A stretch of 64,000 nucleotides of DNA, taken from a virus. Shown piece after piece: positions 17,843-27,751 of this stretch. A program made the translations under genes and the position numbers. Position 1 is the first letter of the stretch, and the number at the start of each line of letters is the position of its first letter. Under the pieces are notes generated by a model. It had not been told where the DNA came from. It was given only the letters and a program-made list of their open reading frames with translations, and ran no database searches. The stretch spans positions 24,751 through 88,750 of the IMG/VR virus record IMGVR_UViG_3300037420_000928, one strand, 5' to 3'.

Positions 17843-18616
17843 ATGTCCCAAATGACTACCAAGGTTGGAGCCAAGACGTTCAGTGGCATGGGCCACATTA
17901 CCGATGGTACGCTCGCTGCTGCTGTCCGTGAGAACCTCGCTGCTCATGCACGCCGCATCGTCGCATCACTGGCGGATATTACGGATAACAGCGGCGGCAC
18001 CAACGATGCTGGTGGCCTTCGCAAGCCGACTGCATTCGCTGCTTTCCAGGCCGGTACGACCGACGCTGTTGCCAAGGCGGAATTCGAAGCCGCAGCCGGC
18101 AATGTGCGTGACGCCATCAAGGAACTCGTCGCCCAGGTCAACACCATTGCTGCCAAGGCGCCGGCTTTCTCTACGCTGACCGACAGCATGGGTGGCACCG
18201 CTGCCGACGGAACGATCGGTGCGATCGACGTGTCGATGACCGGCACGAGCGCGACCGGAGCGACGATGGTGGCCACGGCCGGGGCGAACACCGTGGTGTC
18301 CACCCTGAACGATCGCCTGGAACAATGCCGCTACTTCGTCAACCAATTGCGCATCGCTCTCGGCATGTCCCAGATCGCCACCGAATACTCGCGCCCGAGC
18401 GCGGCATTCAGCACCACGTTCGCTGCCGTTTCCACTTCGACCGGTACGGCGACGGGCGGCACCAATGCCACCACCGACGCAACGATCTCCAAGGTCGCGG
18501 CTGATGCAGCGCTGCTGAAGCTGGCAAACAACGTCAAGACGCTGTCGACGGCCCTCAATGCCATGACGGCTGACGCCAATGCCAACGCTGCTCTCGCGGT
18601 CGTGGCGGTAGCGTAA
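17843..18616 (+). CDS. Ala/Thr-rich probable virion protein with three internal repeats
   Basis: Repeated loop-plus-helix units (ITDNSGGT / LTDSMGGT / STSTGTATGGT, each followed by an amphipathic helix ending in VN or LN). Confidence 0.65.
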   Translation: MSQMTTKVGAKTFSGMGHITDGTLAAAVRENLAAHARRIVASLADITDNSGGTNDAGGLRKPTAFAAFQAGTTDAVAKAEFEAAAGNVRDAIKELVAQVNTIAAKAPAFSTLTDSMGGTAADGTIGAIDVSMTGTSATGATMVATAGANTVVSTLNDRLEQCRYFVNQLRIALGMSQIATEYSRPSAAFSTTFAAVSTSTGTATGGTNATTDATISKVAADAALLKLANNVKTLSTALNAMTADANANAALAVVAVA

Positions 18617-18646
18617 GGCGGCCACTGGCCATAGGAGAGAAACACA

Positions 18647-19885
18647 ATGTCTGTTCTTCTGAAGAATATCGCTACCGTCCAAGTGGTCATGGAGACCACC
18701 TATGGCACCCCGGTGGCTGCAGGCGTGAACGACGGTCTTCTGATCGAGGACCCGATGTACAGTGCTGACGTGCAGACCCTGGAGCGCCAGTTTGTCCACT
18801 CCGACCTGTCCCCGTTGGCCATCATCACCGGTCGTAAGATCGGCAAGATGACCTTCAGCCACGAACTGCGCGGCAATGGCAAACAGCAATCCGGTCTGTC
18901 GACCGACGCCCCGCTGATCACTCGCCTGTTCCGGGCCTGTGGTTTTGCGCTGACGTCTTCGGCGACCAAGTCTGTGCTGGTCAAGGCAATCGGGGACCAC
19001 ACCACTACGGTGGCTTGGGCAAGCTCGATCGCAGGCGCGACCAATACCGAAATCATCGTCTACTACGTCAAGTGCACGTTGGGCGGTGCTTCGGGTACGG
19101 CCAAGCTGACGATCACTTCGGATACCACGGGTGAAAGCACGGCGGAAGCGGTTGTCACTTCGGCCAGCCCGATCACCTTGGGCACCAAGGGCGCGACGAT
19201 CACCCCGACCTGGACGGGCAGTCTGACGCTGGGTGACCAGTGGGTGGTTTACCTGTTCCCCCCGGGCCAACTGCTGACGCCGATTTCCAGCACTTTTGAG
19301 AGCGTCACGCTCTACATGAACAAGGGTGGCGTCCAGCACCGCATGGCGGGCTCCTACGGGACCTTCGACATCGAAGCCGAGGCTGGGCAATTCGCCAAGG
19401 TCAACTTCGAATTCCAGGGCATCTACGAGAACCCGACCGACGTTGCCGTGCCTTCCAACCTCGTCTACGAAACGACGCTGCCGCCGATGGTCGAATTCGC
19501 CCGCTTGCGGATGGACGGCTTCAACGCCATCGTCGCCAAGTTCACGGCGGATATGAAGGTCGACATCCAGCCCCGGCCGGACGTCTCCTCGGATGACGGC
19601 TACATCGGTCTTCGGATCGTCGGCCGTGCACCGGAGGGCGGCATCGATCCCGAAAGCGATCTGGTCTCCAACTTCGACTTCTGGGGTAAGCTGTCCTCAT
19701 CGCTGCGCATGCCATTCAACATGCGTATCGGTACGACGGTCGGAAACACGGTTGCCATCCTGGCGCCGCAGACCCAGTACACCAACATGACCTACGCCGA
19801 CCGCAACAACATCCTCAACTACGATGCTGGTTTGCGATTTGCTCGGGTTGCCGGTGACGATGAAATCCTCTTCCATTTCGGATGA
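18647..19885 (+). CDS. Major tail tube protein with an inserted beta domain
   Basis: ETTYGTP...GRKIGKMTFSHELRG N-terminus and YADRNNILNYDAGLRF...DDEILFHF C-terminus typical of siphovirus tube proteins. Confidence 0.75.
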   Translation: MSVLLKNIATVQVVMETTYGTPVAAGVNDGLLIEDPMYSADVQTLERQFVHSDLSPLAIITGRKIGKMTFSHELRGNGKQQSGLSTDAPLITRLFRACGFALTSSATKSVLVKAIGDHTTTVAWASSIAGATNTEIIVYYVKCTLGGASGTAKLTITSDTTGESTAEAVVTSASPITLGTKGATITPTWTGSLTLGDQWVVYLFPPGQLLTPISSTFESVTLYMNKGGVQHRMAGSYGTFDIEAEAGQFAKVNFEFQGIYENPTDVAVPSNLVYETTLPPMVEFARLRMDGFNAIVAKFTADMKVDIQPRPDVSSDDGYIGLRIVGRAPEGGIDPESDLVSNFDFWGKLSSSLRMPFNMRIGTTVGNTVAILAPQTQYTNMTYADRNNILNYDAGLRFARVAGDDEILFHFG

Positions 19886-19910
19886 TCCTCCCAATGTCAG
19901 ACGGAAGGAC

Positions 19911-19942
19911 TGGTGGGGGCTAACAACCTCCACCATTTTTTT
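19911..19942 (+). terminator. Rho-independent terminator
   Basis: TGGTGGGGG-CTAACAA-CCTCCACCA-TTTTTTT. Confidence 0.75.
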
Positions 19943-19945
19943 AAG

Positions 19946-20140
19946 ATGCAAGTCAAAGTCTACGTTATTCAGCGCTACGACAAGAATGGTAACCCAGGCG
20001 AGGTTATCGACGTCAAACTGTCCTTTGCGGCAGCCCACGACATCGCCAAGAAATATGCCCCAGCCAAAGTGCTCTACGACCTAGCGGACAAGTCAGACGT
20101 CATCTCCAAGCCGGTTCCATTTGGTAGCCAGCCAAAATGA
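19946..20140 (+). CDS. Small hypothetical protein
   Basis: MQVKVYVIQRYDKNG...; no clear RBS, and it starts right after a terminator. Confidence 0.4.
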   Translation: MQVKVYVIQRYDKNGNPGEVIDVKLSFAAAHDIAKKYAPAKVLYDLADKSDVISKPVPFGSQPK

Positions 20141-20151
20141 AATATATTGCA
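20138..20151 (+). promoter_or_regulatory. Palindrome variant TGAAATATATTGCA (upstream of tail chaperone)
   Basis: Fits consensus; AT-rich intergenic context. Confidence 0.55.
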
Positions 20152-20211
20152 CTGGAGTAGAGCTTCGGTAATCGTGCCCCTAGTCACAAAGCAGACATAG
20201 GAGCAAGCACC

Positions 20212-20733
20212 GTGGCAGTTAAAGCACTTACTTTGGGCGTCGTTCTCACTCACGTCCTTTCCACAGACCCCAGCTATCATCCCGGCGTCCCCACTCTCAT
20301 CGATCCTGAAGACCCCAGCAAGGGCATCAAGATCGGGGAGCCGACGATTGACGACGACGCGACCGTGTTTTCCTACTCGCCGCTCGACGTCTTCATCTCC
20401 GCTCACATCTATGACCGCGCATCCTTCCTGTCCCAGTCCGGCGACGGCTCGACCGACATGAAGACCCGCATCAACGAGACCAATCTCGACGCGGTGCGCT
20501 TTGGCATCAACGGCATCAAGAACTTCATCCATCCGAAGACCGGCAACGAAGTCCAGGCCAAGTTCGTGGATCGCTTCATCAGCGGCCGGCTCTACAAGAC
20601 GCTGGACGACGAAACGATGTCCATGCTCGATACCTACTCGATTGCCGAGTTGGCGCAGAAGATCAAGGACGCCTCGACCATCAGCAAGGTGACGGAAAAA
20701 AACTCCGTCTCGGGGTCGCAGCCATCCGCTTAA
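20212..20733 (+). CDS. Tail assembly chaperone (gpG-like)
   Basis: Between tail tube and tape measure genes; ends in slippery GAA AAA AAC. GTG start with AGGAG. Confidence 0.75.
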   Translation: MAVKALTLGVVLTHVLSTDPSYHPGVPTLIDPEDPSKGIKIGEPTIDDDATVFSYSPLDVFISAHIYDRASFLSQSGDGSTDMKTRINETNLDAVRFGINGIKNFIHPKTGNEVQAKFVDRFISGRLYKTLDDETMSMLDTYSIAELAQKIKDASTISKVTEKNSVSGSQPSA

Positions 20734-21125
20734 TCCCCGAGCGGAAATGCGAACTGTGTACTCCGGCGAAAAAGAAGGAATGGGGCTGTAACGCCCGACT
20801 AGTGACGAACCTTGACGGAGAGGAAGTGTGGATCAACAAAGCCGCTTCTGCCGTCAAGGTACTGGATGAGGAATGGTGGGGCTGCCCGCGCCAGTCATTG
20901 CGGGAACAGCCTCAGGAGTGGTCTCGAATTCTGTTCTACTACGATCTGTTCCAGAAGGGGCATTTGCCAGACGACGGAGCGGTATCCAGGCAGTCGAATG
21001 CAATGATCGAAACGCTCCGCATCCTCCATAACGAGAATACCGATTGCGATAAGATAATCAGCGAAAAAGAAGCACGGAAAAACAGAGGGCGCCCGGCCGG
21101 ACAGGCACCCCCGCGACGAAGGTGA
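20697..21125 (+). CDS. gpT-like extension reached by a -1 ribosomal frameshift (gpGT fusion)
   Basis: A AAA AAC at 20697-20703; the -1 frame is open from 20700 through track ORF 20802..21125 (LRLGVAAIRLIPERKCELC...WGC...WWGCPR). Confidence 0.75.
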   Translation, partial: KKLRLGVAAIRLIPERKCELCTPAKKKEWGCNARLVTNLDGEEVWINKAASAVKVLDEEWWGCPRQSLREQPQEWSRILFYYDLFQKGHLPDDGAVSRQSNAMIETLRILHNENTDCDKIISEKEARKNRGRPAGQAPPRRR

Positions 21126-21131
21126 TTATCT

Positions 21132-24100
21132 ATGGCGACGTCTCAGGAACTTGAATTCATCCTTCGTATGCGGGACGAAGCATCTCGGGTCCTGTCGCAG
21201 TTTGGGGCGGGGGCAACACAGACCGGGGGGCAGCTTGACGGCTTGACCTCCCGGTTTGATGAACTGACCCGCGCTGCAAGAAATTTCACTGCGGTGATCG
21301 CCGGGGGTATGGCGGTCAAAGGCCTCACCACTCAGACGCTGGGAACTTTCCGAGAATACCAGAACCAGATGACCATGGTGGCGAAGACCACCGACCAGAA
21401 CAAGCAGCAGATGGGCGACTTCTCCAAGGCGCTGGATAAGACGGCTCTATCGCTCAAAGGCATCCAGGTCAGCGAACTACAGCAGTTTGCTCAGGTCGCC
21501 GGTCAGCTTGGCATCACCGGCTCCGACAACATCCTGAAATTCTCTGCGGCGATGGCCAAGCTGCAGCGCTCATCCAACGTCCAAGGCGCGGAAGGCGCGA
21601 CCCAGCTTGCCAGGACGATGGGGCTGACCAACACCCCGATCGATCAGGTCGAGAAGTTCTCCGGTGTGCTGGTCGAACTCGGCCGCACCATGAAGGCCAA
21701 TGAAGAAGAAATTCTCAACATGGGCATTCGCGTGGCGCAGACCACGGCCAATTTCAAGCTTGGCTATCAGAACGTTCTGGCGATCTCGGCCGAAGCATCC
21801 GACCTCGGCTTCAAGCCGGAACTATTCTCCTCGGTCATGGGCCGTGCCCTCGGGCAAATCCAGAGCGCTGCCGTCAACAACACCAAGGCGATGAGGCAGT
21901 TCTCCAAGGTCACAGGAATGACCTCGGACCAGATGTCTGCACTGATCAAGAACAATCCTTCGGAGGCGTTCCTGAAGTGGCTGGACGTCCTCAATCAGGT
22001 GGACGCGGCCGGGGGCTCGACCATCCAATTCCTACAGGACTGGAACCTGTATGCCCAGGAAAACGCCCAGGTCCTGGACGTGGCGGCCAAGCATGCGCAA
22101 GACTTCCGGGACACCATCGTCAAGGCATTCCGGGAAAGCGAGATCGCGGCTGACAAGAATGCCCTCAATCAGATGTATGCCAAGACGTTCGATAACCTCG
22201 ACACCGCCGTGCTCGATCTGAACGATGCCTGGACAATCTTCACCAAGAACATTGGTGCCGCCCTAGCCCCTGGCGCGATTGCCGGGCTCAATCTGCTGAC
22301 CGACGGCGTGCTTGGATTGACCCACGCTTTCGCAGCCATGCCCGAGACGGCTCAGCAAATTGTGGCCTGGGGAGCCCTGATCGGAACAGCCACGATCCCC
22401 GCCGTTGCCGGGTTCAGACTGTTGGGGACGGCTATCCGTTTTGTGCTCCCCGGGATCGATGCGCTGGCCGGGTCTTCCCTTGTTGGGGCCATTGCCAAAT
22501 TCTTGCGGATCAGCAATCTGACCTCGCTCTGGATGCGGGGGACGAATGCGCTCGGGATCGTTCTCGATAACTTCGGCGGCTATGTGACGGTTGCCTACCG
22601 AAGCCTCGCCACGTTCTCGGCTGGACTGACGGATGTCGAACTGGCAGCCAAGGCGCTATCTACAGCCGTTGAGGGAATTGGTGCTGCCGCTGAGGGCTCC
22701 TTGTATGCCCTGACGGCACTTGCCGTTTACAAGGGATTGGACGCTGTTCCCCATGCCGGTTATCAAAGTGCCCAGCAGAAGAACCCCAACCTCCTGATCG
22801 ACATGGCCAACCAGCGTAAGATGGAGAGCCAATACCCAGGCGGCGTCGAAGGCGGGTTCGGCCGGATCGGTGGCTACGGGGATTTGGCTCCTAAGCCTAA
22901 CGCCGGGCAGTCTCTCGATCTGATGCGGCAGCAAAACGAGCTTCTGAAGAAGAACACCGAGGCCCTGAACAAGAACGAAGATGCCAAGATGGCTATGCTT
23001 CTTCGTCAGATCAAGCCGTCGGCAAACTTTCCCAAGCAACTGGCGCCTGAATACGATAACGCGCTGCAGAAGCTTGACAAATTCCGTGACGCCCAGAACG
23101 AGGTCATCCAGCAGACCTATGCTCTGGAGGCCCTTACTAAGCTTTCCCACGATCCTACCAATAGCTCGGAACTCGGCGGCCCCAACAAGGCGACGGACGA
23201 GACCCTGGCCCGCTATGGCAAGCTGCTGGAAGTTGCCAAGCGGATGGCTGACCCGACCCAGCAGATGATCTATGACCTCGGTGTCGAGCAGAAGCAGGTC
23301 ACTGCGATCACAGTGGCGGATCAGAACCGACTGGAGATCGAGAACCAGCTTCGCAAGCTGCTGGAAGACAAGGGCATCGTTATCGAAAACGAGAAGAAGC
23401 GGATCACCGACATCCTGCAGGAGACCCAGCGCCTCAAGTCCGTCACGGAAGCGGCCAAGGAAGGCTACAGCCTCGATAAAGAACTTGAACAGGCTCGTGC
23501 CCGCAACAGCCTCAACCAGCAGGCCGTGACGATTGAGCAGAAGATCAACGATTTCATTCGTGATCGCGCCAATCTGAACCAAACCCAGATCGACCAGATG
23601 CGGCAGCAATTGACGCTGATAGCCAATACCCAAGCGTTGAATGCGATCCAGGATCGGGCCATGCCAGCGCTGGCCGGCCTGCGGCAATACCTGGATGACA
23701 TGGCGCGCTTGAAGCAGGCTTTGGCTTCCAATGTCATCACACAGCAGGAATACAATGCGGAGGTCGCTAACCTCCAGAAGATGAACCTGCAAACTCGTGA
23801 TCCTCTCGGGTCGCGGGTCCGTGACATGCAGCAGGAAGTCGACCTGCTTCAGTATCAGGGCCGGGAGCAGGAAATCCAGCGCCAGAAGATGCAGGAGATC
23901 AATGCGCTCCGGGATCAGGGCGTGCAGCTTGATGAGAAGGGCAAGCAGCTTATCGAGGATTATGTCCGTGCCCTGCAGACGGCCAAAGAAGCGCAATCGA
24001 CCGGCTTCCAGGCTTGGGCCAATCAGCTTGGCACCATGCAGCAGCAGATCGGCAACCTGCAGCAGAGCATTGCCAACAGCTTGAGCGACGGCATCACCGA

Positions 24101-25670
24101 CGGATTGATGTCCGGCGACTGGGGCTCGGCGCTGCAGAGCATTGCCTCCCAGATCGAGCGGGCAGTGATCCAATCGGTGGTCAACAGCTTCATGCAGAAG
24201 ATCATCCAAGGCATGAGCAATCCGGCGACCGATGCAGCCAAGAATGCCCAGACGGCTGTCAACGGATTGAACAACGTTGCCCAGGCCAGCCTGACGGCGG
24301 CGACGGCGGTGATCAATGCCCAGGTGGTAACGGTCAATGGCGCGGTCCCAGGCATCCCAGGGGCCAACACACCGGCAGGCGTGCCCGCGCTCAACAACGG
24401 TGTCACTCCGAACAACCTGCCGATGGGAACCAATCCTCGGGTGCCGAGCCTGTACAATAGCGCCAGCGCTCTGAACACAGCCGCTGCTCCGACTGGCTTG
24501 ACCGCAACGCAGCAGCAGGTTTGGAGCTATTGGGCAGACAAGGGCCTGACCCCGGTGCAGATTTCCGGCATCATGGGCAACATCAAAGCGGAGAGCAATT
24601 TCAATCCCGGTATCGCTGGAGATAACGGTAACGCGCTTGGGCTTGCTCAGTGGAACGACCGTGGGCCGGCCATGAAATCCTTTGTCGGGCCTGACTGGCG
24701 AACAAACACCCAAGGCCAGATGGACTTCATGAACCATGAATTCCAGACGACCGAGAGCGGGGCGTATCAGCGTCTGCTGGCGGCCAAGACCCCGGCAGAA
24801 GCGAATGCCGCGATGATCAGCTACGAGCGTCCGAACGGCTACACCCCTGGGGATGTCACCGGAGCGTCCCAGTATCAGAACCGGATGAACTATACCAATC
24901 AGTTCTACAATCAGTCGCAGAAGGCCGGCATAGACCCACAGACGACAAGCTCGATCAAATCATTGAACACTCAGCTTCAGGAGACGGCGACCAAGTCCCA
25001 GACCCTGACCAGCAAGCTGTCTTCACAGGCGACCCAGACCAACACTGCTGGCCAGAATATCCAGCAGTTGAATACCAAGATGCAAAGCACGACACCGGCT
25101 GTCAACAACTTCGGCCAGAACGTCGGGCAATTGCAGGCACCGTTGCAGACTGCCCAACAGGGGACAGTATCCTTCTCCCAGGGCTTGCAGAACATGTTCA
25201 ACGGCGTCGGTGGCACGGGCGGGATCGTCAGCCTATTCGCCGGGCTGTTCCATGAAGGCGGTATGGTCGGTGGCGGGGCTCCGGCCTCTGGCTTTGCTTT
25301 GATGGCTTCCTCCGGGTGGGCCAATGCTCCCAAGTTCCACAAGGGCGGCGGCCGGGGCTTGAACCAGGATGAGTATCGAGCCCTGCTCAAGCAGAACGAG
25401 CGGGTGCTGACGGAGGAGGACGACCGTCGGACGATGAACGTCCTGAAGGCCAAGGCAGGCGGTGGAGGCGGTGAAGAGACGAACATCTATTCGCCGGTCA
25501 CCCACATCAATATCAATGCCAATGGCAGCATGTCGAAGGACGAACAGGAGCAATTGGGGGCCACGGTCGACAAACATGTTCGGCAGGCGCTCGATAGCCA
25601 CGCGGCCGACTTCATCAGGAAGCAAAGCCGCAATGGTGGAATGATCAGGCAACAGGGTAGGTGGACATGA
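21132..25670 (+). CDS. Tape measure protein (TP901-like core) with a C-terminal phage-tail lysozyme domain
   Basis: 1512 aa, helical; AGQLGITG core; GLTPVQISGIMGNIKAESNFNP...GLAQWN...YERP at about 24540-24850; FHEGG and FHKGG C-terminal motifs. Confidence 0.9.
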   Translation: MATSQELEFILRMRDEASRVLSQFGAGATQTGGQLDGLTSRFDELTRAARNFTAVIAGGMAVKGLTTQTLGTFREYQNQMTMVAKTTDQNKQQMGDFSKALDKTALSLKGIQVSELQQFAQVAGQLGITGSDNILKFSAAMAKLQRSSNVQGAEGATQLARTMGLTNTPIDQVEKFSGVLVELGRTMKANEEEILNMGIRVAQTTANFKLGYQNVLAISAEASDLGFKPELFSSVMGRALGQIQSAAVNNTKAMRQFSKVTGMTSDQMSALIKNNPSEAFLKWLDVLNQVDAAGGSTIQFLQDWNLYAQENAQVLDVAAKHAQDFRDTIVKAFRESEIAADKNALNQMYAKTFDNLDTAVLDLNDAWTIFTKNIGAALAPGAIAGLNLLTDGVLGLTHAFAAMPETAQQIVAWGALIGTATIPAVAGFRLLGTAIRFVLPGIDALAGSSLVGAIAKFLRISNLTSLWMRGTNALGIVLDNFGGYVTVAYRSLATFSAGLTDVELAAKALSTAVEGIGAAAEGSLYALTALAVYKGLDAVPHAGYQSAQQKNPNLLIDMANQRKMESQYPGGVEGGFGRIGGYGDLAPKPNAGQSLDLMRQQNELLKKNTEALNKNEDAKMAMLLRQIKPSANFPKQLAPEYDNALQKLDKFRDAQNEVIQQTYALEALTKLSHDPTNSSELGGPNKATDETLARYGKLLEVAKRMADPTQQMIYDLGVEQKQVTAITVADQNRLEIENQLRKLLEDKGIVIENEKKRITDILQETQRLKSVTEAAKEGYSLDKELEQARARNSLNQQAVTIEQKINDFIRDRANLNQTQIDQMRQQLTLIANTQALNAIQDRAMPALAGLRQYLDDMARLKQALASNVITQQEYNAEVANLQKMNLQTRDPLGSRVRDMQQEVDLLQYQGREQEIQRQKMQEINALRDQGVQLDEKGKQLIEDYVRALQTAKEAQSTGFQAWANQLGTMQQQIGNLQQSIANSLSDGITDGLMSGDWGSALQSIASQIERAVIQSVVNSFMQKIIQGMSNPATDAAKNAQTAVNGLNNVAQASLTAATAVINAQVVTVNGAVPGIPGANTPAGVPALNNGVTPNNLPMGTNPRVPSLYNSASALNTAAAPTGLTATQQQVWSYWADKGLTPVQISGIMGNIKAESNFNPGIAGDNGNALGLAQWNDRGPAMKSFVGPDWRTNTQGQMDFMNHEFQTTESGAYQRLLAAKTPAEANAAMISYERPNGYTPGDVTGASQYQNRMNYTNQFYNQSQKAGIDPQTTSSIKSLNTQLQETATKSQTLTSKLSSQATQTNTAGQNIQQLNTKMQSTTPAVNNFGQNVGQLQAPLQTAQQGTVSFSQGLQNMFNGVGGTGGIVSLFAGLFHEGGMVGGGAPASGFALMASSGWANAPKFHKGGGRGLNQDEYRALLKQNERVLTEEDDRRTMNVLKAKAGGGGGEETNIYSPVTHININANGSMSKDEQEQLGATVDKHVRQALDSHAADFIRKQSRNGGMIRQQGRWT
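21275..21288 (+). promoter_or_regulatory. Palindrome variant TGCAAGAAATTTCA (in tape measure CDS)
   Basis: Identical to the copy at 44260. Confidence 0.45.
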
Positions 25671-26026
25671 CCACATTCTTAACCTTCGTCCCGCCAGGGG
25701 ACATCAATGCATCACCGGGTAGCGCCGTCACGGTCAAGCCCCGCATTCGGGCCGCCCAATTCGGGGACGGCTATGTGCAGCGGACGCCGGACGGGATCAA
25801 TTCGATGCTGGCCAGCTTCAGCCTGGAGATCACCAACATGACCCGCGCCGAAGCGCTGACGGTCTGTAACTTCTTCGCGCAGCAAGGAGGTTACATCCCC
25901 TTCTGGTTCAAGGCGCCGGGAGACAGCGCCAACAAGAAATGGATTTGTACGGAATGGACCCGCGCCGACCAAGGGGCAAGAGCCGCTGACGTCCGTGCTA
26001 CTCTAGTTGAGGTGGTTGACCCATGA
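25667..26026 (+). CDS. Distal tail protein, lambda gpM-like
   Basis: KPRIRAAQFGDGYVQRTPDGIN ... FFAQQGGYIPFWF. Confidence 0.85.
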   Translation: MTTFLTFVPPGDINASPGSAVTVKPRIRAAQFGDGYVQRTPDGINSMLASFSLEITNMTRAEALTVCNFFAQQGGYIPFWFKAPGDSANKKWICTEWTRADQGARAADVRATLVEVVDP

Positions 26027-26298
26027 AAACCGAAGAACGCTACCAGTATGAACAGAACGAAGCCCGCGTCTACAAGGACAAGGGCGACCTCAAATCGGCC
26101 GTTGCGATGGTGCATTTCGCTGCCATCGACTACGAGAAAGGCGGCGGCACGACATGGCCGGAATTCTGCACCGCTGTCAGGGACATGGAGGCTGCTCTTG
26201 CCATCTGGCACACCAAGCAGGAGAAATGGTTTGCCCAACTGGATGCCGAGACCAAGGCTCGTAATGCCGCGAGCATCAACGAGGTTGAAGGCAAATGA
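26023..26298 (+). CDS. Hypothetical protein inserted between M and L
   Basis: ATGA overlaps at both ends. Confidence 0.6.
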   Translation: MKTEERYQYEQNEARVYKDKGDLKSAVAMVHFAAIDYEKGGGTTWPEFCTAVRDMEAALAIWHTKQEKWFAQLDAETKARNAASINEVEGK

Positions 26299-27026
26299 CC
26301 AGCACCGACAAGGTCAAGAAAGAGAACCAGAAACTGACGCCGGATGCGTTGGTCGAACTGTTCCAGCTTGACCTCAACCCCATCGGGGAGCCGACGGTCT
26401 ACTACTTCACCAAGGAGCCCCTGAACTCGGCCGGCGACCCTATCGTGTTCGACGGGCAGGCTTACTATGCGGTGGACATGGAAAGCGAGGGCTGGGAATT
26501 CACCGGCACCGGACCCTTCCCCCAACCGACGATCAGGATTTCCAACGTCTTCGGTTTCCTCTCCGGGGCTCTGGCTGCGGCCAACGATCTGATCGGGGCG
26601 ACCCTGACCCGCACTAGGACTTATGCCAAGTTCCTGGATAGCGGCTCCGACCCAGACCCGGATGCGACTTTCCCGCTGGACGTCTACACGGTGTTCCAGA
26701 AGAAATCGCACAATCTGGTCTACATCGAATTCATCCTGGCGGCCTTGGTAGATCAGCAGGGCCTGACGCTGCCGAAGCGCAAAATCCTGCGTGACACCTG
26801 CACCCATACTTATCGCGTCTGGAACGGGACCTCGTTCGATTATTCCAAATGCACCTGCCCCTATACCGGCTCGGATATGTTTACCAAGAACGACGTGGCA
26901 ACCACGGATCAAAGCAAGGACGAATGCAGCCGGGAACTGACCGGCTGTAACCACCGCTTCCGCAGCATCGGGGACGGGGTTCTCCCAACCAGAGCTTTCC
27001 CCGGCGTAGTAAGGACGAAACTGTGA
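26295..27026 (+). CDS. Minor tail protein, lambda gpL-like
   Basis: LVELFQLDL, GPFPQPTIRISN, RTRTYAKFLD, and the Cys cluster CTHTYR..CTCPY..DECS..GC..RF. Confidence 0.88.
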   Translation: MTSTDKVKKENQKLTPDALVELFQLDLNPIGEPTVYYFTKEPLNSAGDPIVFDGQAYYAVDMESEGWEFTGTGPFPQPTIRISNVFGFLSGALAAANDLIGATLTRTRTYAKFLDSGSDPDPDATFPLDVYTVFQKKSHNLVYIEFILAALVDQQGLTLPKRKILRDTCTHTYRVWNGTSFDYSKCTCPYTGSDMFTKNDVATTDQSKDECSRELTGCNHRFRSIGDGVLPTRAFPGVVRTKL

Positions 27027-27751
27027 TGTTCGACAAAGCTGTCATCGAAGACTTCAAGCAACACGCCATGGCCTGCCACCCTGAAGAGGCGGTGGGATTG
27101 ATCATCGAGTGCAACAAATTGCACAGCTATATGCCGTGCAAGAACGTGGCCGACGATCCCAAGGCAGATGCGACCGTCTCCCGAGGAGACATGATCGACG
27201 CCAACGAGAAGGGCATCATCGCAGCGGTGATCCACAGCCACGTCAACAACAAGCTCTATCCGTCCGGCATGGACATGAAGGCGCAACTGGCCATGGGAAT
27301 TCCCTTTGGTCTGTCGACGGCCACCAAGGATAGCTGCTCCGATCCCATCTGGTGGGGCAAGGGAGCCCCGGTGGCGCCTTTGGTCGGACGACGGTTCGTC
27401 TCTGGCCTCTGGGACTGCTTCTCCTGTGCGAGGGACTTCCTGCGTCAGGAAGGCATTGTCGACCTGCCGGACTTCCCACACGATCACTATTGGTGGGATC
27501 AGGGCGAGAACCTGTACCTGGACAACTTCAAGAAGCTTGGCTTCGTGCAAGTCGACGTCAAGGGCCAGCCGCAGAAGGGGGACTGCTTCCTGATGCGGAT
27601 CAGGTCGAAGGTCCCCAACCACATTGGGGTCTATATCGGGGACGACCTGTGCCTACATCACCTGCAGACCGACCTGTCGAAGCGGGAGCCGATGAACAGG
27701 CTGATGGACCACATTGAAATGTGGCTGCGCTACAAGCCGGAGGCAGCGTGA
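27023..27751 (+). CDS. Tail assembly protein, lambda gpK-like (JAB/MPN plus NlpC/P60)
   Basis: PEEAVG, HSH..YPS..D, GLWDCFS, PNHIGVYIG..LHH. Confidence 0.88.
   Translation: MMFDKAVIEDFKQHAMACHPEEAVGLIIECNKLHSYMPCKNVADDPKADATVSRGDMIDANEKGIIAAVIHSHVNNKLYPSGMDMKAQLAMGIPFGLSTATKDSCSDPIWWGKGAPVAPLVGRRFVSGLWDCFSCARDFLRQEGIVDLPDFPHDHYWWDQGENLYLDNFKKLGFVQVDVKGQPQKGDCFLMRIRSKVPNHIGVYIGDDLCLHHLQTDLSKREPMNRLMDHIEMWLRYKPEAA
27110..27123 (+). promoter_or_regulatory. Dispersed palindrome copy TGCAACAAATTGCA (in gpK CDS)
   Basis: Exact match. Confidence 0.7.

Noticed and set aside
22656-24737. Long minus-strand ORFs (693 aa here; also 17966..19390, 12863..14122, 43547..44920, 10566..11525)
   Set aside because: They are antisense shadows of well-supported plus-strand genes in GC3-rich sequence, with no motifs or RBS.
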